Part shown: positions 59,179 to 64,000 of the stretch, one piece after another | Layout of the letters: every line of letters starts with the position of its first letter | Position numbering within the stretch: the stretch's first letter is position 1 | Assembly: GCA_965250285.1 (NCBI GenBank) | Contig: OZ252299.1 | Coordinates: 3,776,001-3,840,000 of the forward strand | Length of the DNA stretch: 64,000 nt | Origin: Myxococcota bacterium | GTDB lineage: Bacteria > Myxococcota_A > UBA9160 > UBA4427 | Direction: 5' to 3' | Notes under the pieces: model-generated | Seen by the model: the letters and a program-made list of their open reading frames with translations, nothing else | Databases searched by the model: none | What the model was told of the DNA's origin: nothing | Made by a program: the position numbers and the translations under genes

Positions 59179-59717
59179 ATCGACGCCTCGGCGCACTCGC
59201 CCTCGTCGCGGCCGTCGATCTCTGGGTCGGCGTCGCGCTCGCCGACGGTGGGCGGCTGATCCTGCGTGAAGCGCGCGACGGAGTGATCGCAAGCGTGCTC
59301 GCCGCGCCGGTGCCGCTGCGTGTCGGTGCGGCCGCGTTCGACGTGCTCGTGCAGGATCCCGATACGGGCGCGCCCATGGCGGTCGACGCGGTGCGGCTTC
59401 GCGTGACGGGACCCGACGTCTGCGGGACGACCGAGCTCGACGCCCGCACTGAGTCGGGCGTCAACCGGCTCTTCTACGGCGCTTCGATGCGTCTGCCGAT
59501 GCCCGGCCGTTGGCAGGTCGAGGCCTGGATCGAAACCGAGACCGGCGCGACCGTGTTCACGACTGAGCTCGAGGTCGCGCCCGCCCTCCCGCCTGCGCAG
59601 CGCTACTGGCCATGGATCGCCGCCACGCTGGTCGGCCTCGTCGTTCTGTTCGTGCACCAGGCCCGCACGCTCGGCCGCCCGCGATCGGATCGTCGATCGC
59701 CGGGTCGACTACGCTGA
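59175..59717 (+). CDS. YtkA/FixH-like periplasmic protein with C-terminal TM anchor
   Basis: ATGA overlap; signal peptide ending VALA-D; PVPLRVG...VLVQD...FYGASMRLPMPGRW; TM YWPWIAATLVGLVVLFV. Confidence 0.6.
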   Translation: MNRRLGALALVAAVDLWVGVALADGGRLILREARDGVIASVLAAPVPLRVGAAAFDVLVQDPDTGAPMAVDAVRLRVTGPDVCGTTELDARTESGVNRLFYGASMRLPMPGRWQVEAWIETETGATVFTTELEVAPALPPAQRYWPWIAATLVGLVVLFVHQARTLGRPRSDRRSPGRLR

Positions 59718-59725
59718 GCCGGGCC

Positions 59726-60289
59726 ATGGCGATTCGGCTCTTCTGCGTCCTGTCTCTTGTCGCGATGTCGGCGTGCATCCCGATCTCGGTCACCGACTAT
59801 GAGCATCCACCGACGATGGCAATGCGCGACCAGATGCAGAGCGGTCTCGTCGACCGCACGTACGACGCGCTTGGCCCCGAGCTGGTGGTCGTGCCCGACT
59901 TCGAGCGGTTCGCCGAGCACGAGCGCAATCGCAATCGCCTCGGTGTGCTGCGCTTCGCTGCGAAACAGCCTCGTGCCATCGAGATCGAGTCGGCGACGCT
60001 CCGAGACGATGCGACCGGGATCACGATCGACGCCGAGCTCGATGGTCGATCCCGGGTCGAGATGCGAGTCCCCCCGGCGTACGCCTACTACCCGTATGAC
60101 GGCGTCGATTTCGAACACACCGAGGGCCGCATCGTGCTCTTTCGGCTCCCCGACGCGCGATTGGCAGCGTTCGGCTCGCCGGATCGCATGACGCTCGACG
60201 TCCGCTTTCGAATCGCAGGCGAACCCGGCGAGCGCAGGTCGACGTTCAGTCTGGAGCGGGTGGAGAAGACGCTGTGGGTGACCGACTAG
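59726..60289 (+). CDS. Hypothetical lipoprotein
   Basis: MAIRLFCVLSLVAMSAC lipoprotein-like signal; starts 8 bp after the previous gene. Confidence 0.6.
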   Translation: MAIRLFCVLSLVAMSACIPISVTDYEHPPTMAMRDQMQSGLVDRTYDALGPELVVVPDFERFAEHERNRNRLGVLRFAAKQPRAIEIESATLRDDATGITIDAELDGRSRVEMRVPPAYAYYPYDGVDFEHTEGRIVLFRLPDARLAAFGSPDRMTLDVRFRIAGEPGERRSTFSLERVEKTLWVTD

Positions 60290-60298
60290 AGCCCGCCT

Positions 60299-60988
60299 TC
60301 AGCGGATCGGGAAGTCGAAGTACGTGTCGGGGAACGGCTCGTTCGCGAGGGTGAAGTGCCACCACTCGTGTTCGTACGGCTCGAAGCCGTGCTGCATCAT
60401 CAGAGTCCGAAGCAGTAGACGATGGGCGCGCGCCTGCGCCGAGACGTCGGCGCTGAGCGGCGCAGAGGTCGGGCCGAAGAAGTCGAATGGCGTGCCCATC
60501 TCGAGCAGCTGCGGCGTGCCGTCGCGCAGCTCGGCGATGGACAGATCGAGGGTGCTGCCCCGGCTATGGCTCGATTTCGCCGCGATGTAGCCCTTCGCAA
60601 AGAGCTGATCCTTCGGCACGTCGGGGTAGTAGCGCGCCTTGGTTGTGCGATCGGTCTCGTCAGCGGCCCAGCGGACGAAGTCGTCGACGGCGCGCTGCGG
60701 GCGATAGGCGTCGAAGACGACGAGCGTCAGGCCGAGCGCTCGGAGCTCGGCCTGCACGCCTGCGAGGGCGGTCGCGGCGGGCCTCGTCAGCAGCAATCGA
60801 TTCGCCTCGTACCCGTCGATGCGCCGCCCCACGAAGTTGTCGTCGCCGAAGTAGCGCAGATCGACCACCAGCCCCGGGATCGAATCGACGTAGGTGAACT
60901 CATCCGGCATGGTCGTCGGATCCTCGCCCGCCGCGACCGTACCCGTCACACCGATGCAGATCGCGGCGAAGAGGGGCATCGCTCTCAT
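60299..60988 (-). CDS. D-alanyl-D-alanine dipeptidase (M15D, DdpX/VanX family)
   Basis: DLRY...NFVG, FDAYRPQRA, SSHSRGSTLD, MGTPFDFF, EWWHF. Signal-peptide-like N-terminus. Confidence 0.93.
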   Translation of the reverse strand: MRAMPLFAAICIGVTGTVAAGEDPTTMPDEFTYVDSIPGLVVDLRYFGDDNFVGRRIDGYEANRLLLTRPAATALAGVQAELRALGLTLVVFDAYRPQRAVDDFVRWAADETDRTTKARYYPDVPKDQLFAKGYIAAKSSHSRGSTLDLSIAELRDGTPQLLEMGTPFDFFGPTSAPLSADVSAQARAHRLLLRTLMMQHGFEPYEHEWWHFTLANEPFPDTYFDFPIR

Positions 60989-61076
60989 GACGGCTCCAAG
61001 GTGGGAGGCGGAACGCGTCGAGCGTATCACGCATGCGTGGGGGGAGCGGTCGCCGCGCGCACCGAGCGAGCCGCCG

Positions 61077-62288
61077 CTAGCGGTCGGCGCAGTCCGCGTA
61101 GAAGCAGCAACGGCCACCCCCGGCCGCCTTGGCCGAGTACATGGCCAGGTCGGCGGCCTCGTTCAGCTCGGCCGCCGTCTCGCCATCGTCGGGATAGATC
61201 GCCGCGCCGATGCTGAACGAAACCGCGACTTCGGACTGATCGGGCATTGCGAGTCGCACGTCGAGCGCCTCTTCGATCCGCTGAGCGACCGCCCGGGCGG
61301 CGTCCGGCGATTCGATCTGCTCGGCCAGGATCGCAAACTCGTCGCCGCCGACGCGCGCGATCGCATCGGTGATGCGCGTCAGGCCTCGAAGCCGCTCGGC
61401 AACGGCGAGGAGCACGTCGTCCCCCGCAGCGTGGCCATGCGCGTCGTTGATCGGCTTGAAGCCGTCGAGGTCGAGGACGAAGAGCACGAGGTGCTGCTTC
61501 GATCGGGCGGCGCGACCGAGCGCGATCGTCTGCATCTCTTCGAAGAGGCGGCGATTCGCGACGTTCGTGAGCGGATCGTGGCCGGCGGCGTGACGCAGCT
61601 TCTTTCGCTCGGCGTCGAGCTGCTCGCGCATCCCCATCTGGATGCGGTCGTGCAGCACCGCCATACAGGCTGCAGCGCCGCATGCCGTGGCGAGGATGAC
61701 GAGCAGGCTCGGCACCCACGCATCCTGCGAGACCGGAATCACGTGCAGGTGCCCCGCGGCTTCGGCCACGTGCATCGCCGGCGCCAGGGCGACCAGCAAG
61801 ACGGCCCAGGCGATCGCGGCGCGACGCCCCGTCAGGATGCCGGCCATCTGCGGCAACACGGCCCAGAGGATGAGAACGGGCGACGCGATGCCGCCGTGCG
61901 CGATCGTCGATGCGGCGACGACCAGGAAGGTCGTCCCGCAGATGACGTGGGCCCCGAACCGGACCGGGGCGCCGAGATGGAGCGCGATCAGGGCACCGAT
62001 CAGACCGAGCATGAAGGTCGCGGTGGTCCACGCCGAAAGCACCACCGAATCGTCGGGCAGGGGCAGGACGAGCTGCGTGGATACGAGACTGAATGCGCCG
62101 AAGACGACGAATGCGAGCGCAAAGCCGACGACCAGGTCGGCACGCAGTCGCTCAGCCGGCTCGCTCGGCAGCGGACGATCGAGCACCCAGCGCGAGACCG
62201 CGTGAAAGCCGAAGCGAGCCGGATCGGCACCCGCCTCGGCCTCGGGCGCTTCGACGAGCGATGCGATCGGGGTCTGACCGTCGGTCAT
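61077..62288 (-). CDS. Membrane-bound diguanylate cyclase (GGDEF)
   Basis: About 6 TM helices; HDPLT..ANR, DLDGFKPINDAHGHAAGD, I-site RITD, RVGGDEF. Confidence 0.93.
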   Translation of the reverse strand: MTDGQTPIASLVEAPEAEAGADPARFGFHAVSRWVLDRPLPSEPAERLRADLVVGFALAFVVFGAFSLVSTQLVLPLPDDSVVLSAWTTATFMLGLIGALIALHLGAPVRFGAHVICGTTFLVVAASTIAHGGIASPVLILWAVLPQMAGILTGRRAAIAWAVLLVALAPAMHVAEAAGHLHVIPVSQDAWVPSLLVILATACGAAACMAVLHDRIQMGMREQLDAERKKLRHAAGHDPLTNVANRRLFEEMQTIALGRAARSKQHLVLFVLDLDGFKPINDAHGHAAGDDVLLAVAERLRGLTRITDAIARVGGDEFAILAEQIESPDAARAVAQRIEEALDVRLAMPDQSEVAVSFSIGAAIYPDDGETAAELNEAADLAMYSAKAAGGGRCCFYADCADR

Positions 62289-62402
62289 GCCGGGATCTTC
62301 GGTGGGACCGCTCAGGGGCTTGAGGTTGCGACCGGGGCCGTGCCAGTTCTTGCGCGCCCGCGGCGACGGGCACGTGGCGACCGCGCCGCAGCCGCGATTA
62401 AT

Positions 62403-62431
62403 TTGACGCCATTTTTTTATCGCCGTAAAGT
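62403..62431 (+). promoter_or_regulatory. Sigma70-type promoter, probably for a leaderless TetR transcript
   Basis: TTGACG-17 bp-TAAAGT ending 6 nt before the ATG at 62438, in an AT-rich patch. Confidence 0.65.
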
Positions 62432-62437
62432 CATCGC

Positions 62438-63055
62438 ATGCCCCGACCTTCGATGACCCCGCAGGAGGTGGCCGCGACGCGCAGCGCGCTGCTCGACGTG
62501 GCCCAGCGCCTCTACGAGGCCGGCGGCGACGAGGCAATGTCGTTTCGCGCGATCGCGAGTGGGTACGGCTGCAGCAACACCATGCCGTACACCTACTTCG
62601 CCTCGAAGGCCGAGATCGTCGACGGCCTTCGGATTCGCGCGTATCGCTGGCTGAAGCAAGAGCTCGACGTCGCCGCGCGCTCGAAGCCTGATCCGCTCGA
62701 TGCGCTGCAGGCACTGGCCACGGCCTACGTGCGAGCCGGCACCGAGCGCCCCCGACTCTACGAGCTGCTCTATTCGACGCGGGGCGCGATGTCCGAGTCG
62801 GCGCCCGAGCTGATCGAGGCCAAGCTCGGGGCACTCGGCGTCTGCCAGCGCGTGATCGAGGCCGCGGCCGAGGCCTCGGGTCTCGCGCTGCGATCCGACC
62901 CGAAGACGACCGCGCACATCTTCTGGGCGGCGGCGCACGGTCTCGTCTCGCTCGACAGCGGCGGCTTCCTGGTCGTTGGCCGCTCGCTCGAGCAGCTCTA
63001 CCCCGTGCTCTTTACCGCCATGTCGGCCGGGATGGTCGACGAGGAGGCGACATGA
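62438..63055 (+). CDS. TetR family regulator (WHG-type C-domain)
   Basis: LLDVAQRL...MSFRAIA...PYTYFASK; C-terminal WAAAHG. Confidence 0.9.
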   Translation: MPRPSMTPQEVAATRSALLDVAQRLYEAGGDEAMSFRAIASGYGCSNTMPYTYFASKAEIVDGLRIRAYRWLKQELDVAARSKPDPLDALQALATAYVRAGTERPRLYELLYSTRGAMSESAPELIEAKLGALGVCQRVIEAAAEASGLALRSDPKTTAHIFWAAAHGLVSLDSGGFLVVGRSLEQLYPVLFTAMSAGMVDEEAT

Positions 63056-63936
63056 CCGAGACACCCCGCGCTGGTGAGATCGTCGTTCGCAGCATCCCGT
63101 TCGAGTTTCCCGATGAGCTGCCGCCCGTCTGGAGCCCGCACCACGAGTGGTCGCACATGCTCAACGGGGCCTCGCTCACGATGCCGTACCTCGAGCCCTT
63201 CCTGATCGCGACGCTCAAGGAGGCGATGGACGAGATCGACGACGAAGCCGTGCTCGAAGAAGCGAGAGGCTTCAACGGACAAGAAGCGCAGCACTACAAG
63301 ACGCATCGCCGCTACAACGAGCTGCTCAAGGCGAATGGCTATCCCGAGCTCGCTGAGATCGAGGCGGGCATGAAGGCCTCGTACGACAAGCTGCGCGCGC
63401 GTTCGTTGACGTACCGCCTTGGCTATTCGTGCGGCTTCGAGACGATGACGATGGGTGTGACGCGATGGCTGGTCGCCGAGCGCGCGCGCCTCTTCGGCGG
63501 CTCGGATACGCGCGTCGCCTCGTTCGTGATGTGGCACTTCGTCGAGGAGGCCGAGCACAAGCGCGTCGCCTTCGACGTCTACCAGGCGGCCCGCGGCAGC
63601 TACTGGCCTCGGCTGGTCGGCACCTTCACCGGCTCGGCCCACGTCTTCTGGTGGGCGCGCAAGGGCACCGTCGCCATGCTGAAACGCGACGGCCTCTGGC
63701 GCGACCTGCGCTCGCGCCTGCGGCTGTGGCGACGCACGGCCGAGTTCTTCTTCGCGATCGCGCCCGTCGTTCTGCGTGCCGCCAGCCCCTGGCACGACCC
63801 CCGCAACGAGCCGGATCCGCCGTGGGTGCGGGCTTGGATCGAAGGCTATGCACGGCGCGGCGACGCGAGCGTCCCGCTCGTCGACACAGACGATCCCGAG
63901 ATCCCCGTGCCGTTCGCTGGGGAGGCGATCGCATGA
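63052..63936 (+). CDS. Predicted metal-dependent hydrolase (ferritin-like di-metal)
   Basis: PYLEPF, GQEAQH..TH, FETMT, WHFVEEAEHKRVAFDVY. ATGA overlap with TetR. Confidence 0.85.
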   Translation: MTETPRAGEIVVRSIPFEFPDELPPVWSPHHEWSHMLNGASLTMPYLEPFLIATLKEAMDEIDDEAVLEEARGFNGQEAQHYKTHRRYNELLKANGYPELAEIEAGMKASYDKLRARSLTYRLGYSCGFETMTMGVTRWLVAERARLFGGSDTRVASFVMWHFVEEAEHKRVAFDVYQAARGSYWPRLVGTFTGSAHVFWWARKGTVAMLKRDGLWRDLRSRLRLWRRTAEFFFAIAPVVLRAASPWHDPRNEPDPPWVRAWIEGYARRGDASVPLVDTDDPEIPVPFAGEAIA

Positions 63937-64000
63937 CCGATGCAACCGATGCCGAGGCTGCGCTGACCCTTCGCTGCCAGAGACTGCTCATCGGCCACGG
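63933..64000 (+). CDS. 5' end of an unidentified CDS (runs off the window)
   Basis: GGAGG RBS and ATGA overlap; MTDATDAEAALTLRCQRLLIGH. Confidence 0.55.
   Translation, partial: MTDATDAEAALTLRCQRLLIGH

Noticed and set aside
60299..60988. vanX-like gene as evidence of vancomycin resistance
   Set aside because: There is no vanH, vanA or vanRS nearby; stand-alone D,D-dipeptidases are common.

Overview
This is a very GC-rich, gene-dense bacterial window with about 54 plausible CDS. I found no tRNA, rRNA, CRISPR array, transposase or integrase. Gene content suggests a Gram-negative Myxococcota/deltaproteobacteria-like organism, which is an inference. From left to right it contains: (1) GST, AraC, PhyH dioxygenase and an acyltransferase-like gene; (2) a TIGR02001 outer-membrane protein divergent from pqiA and a two-MCE-domain LetB-like gene; (3) a GST-HxlR/SDR unit with a clear operator; (4) a DcaP porin converging on aspD-aspT; (5) an SDR-thioesterase-SDR-DUF1214-sulfotransferase operon; (6) a frameshifted gene remnant, SnoaL-like, stand-alone MprF C-terminal and SpoIIAA-like genes; (7) a menaquinone-type sdhCAB plus a helical orphan; (8) cti, Rieske oxygenase/TetR and another GST; (9) a candidate surface-display locus made of a FecR protein, a TPR-beta-barrel, a ~2380-aa protein with 25 Cys-paired Ig-like repeats and an LVIVD propeller, and an ExeA-like ATPase with a PEGA-like domain; (10) HlyD-FUSC; (11) ndh divergent from a ~10-kb operon that combines a caa3 oxidase, a bc complex, a CtaG-polyferredoxin fusion and a YtkA/FixH-like gene; (12) a D,D-dipeptidase, a GGDEF protein, TetR and a ferritin-like hydrolase. 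The best novelty candidates are the caa3-bc operon with its fused putative copper reductase/chaperone, the adhesin/TPR-barrel/FecR/ExeA locus, and the two-ring LetB. All family calls come from motif recognition by eye; no database searches were run.
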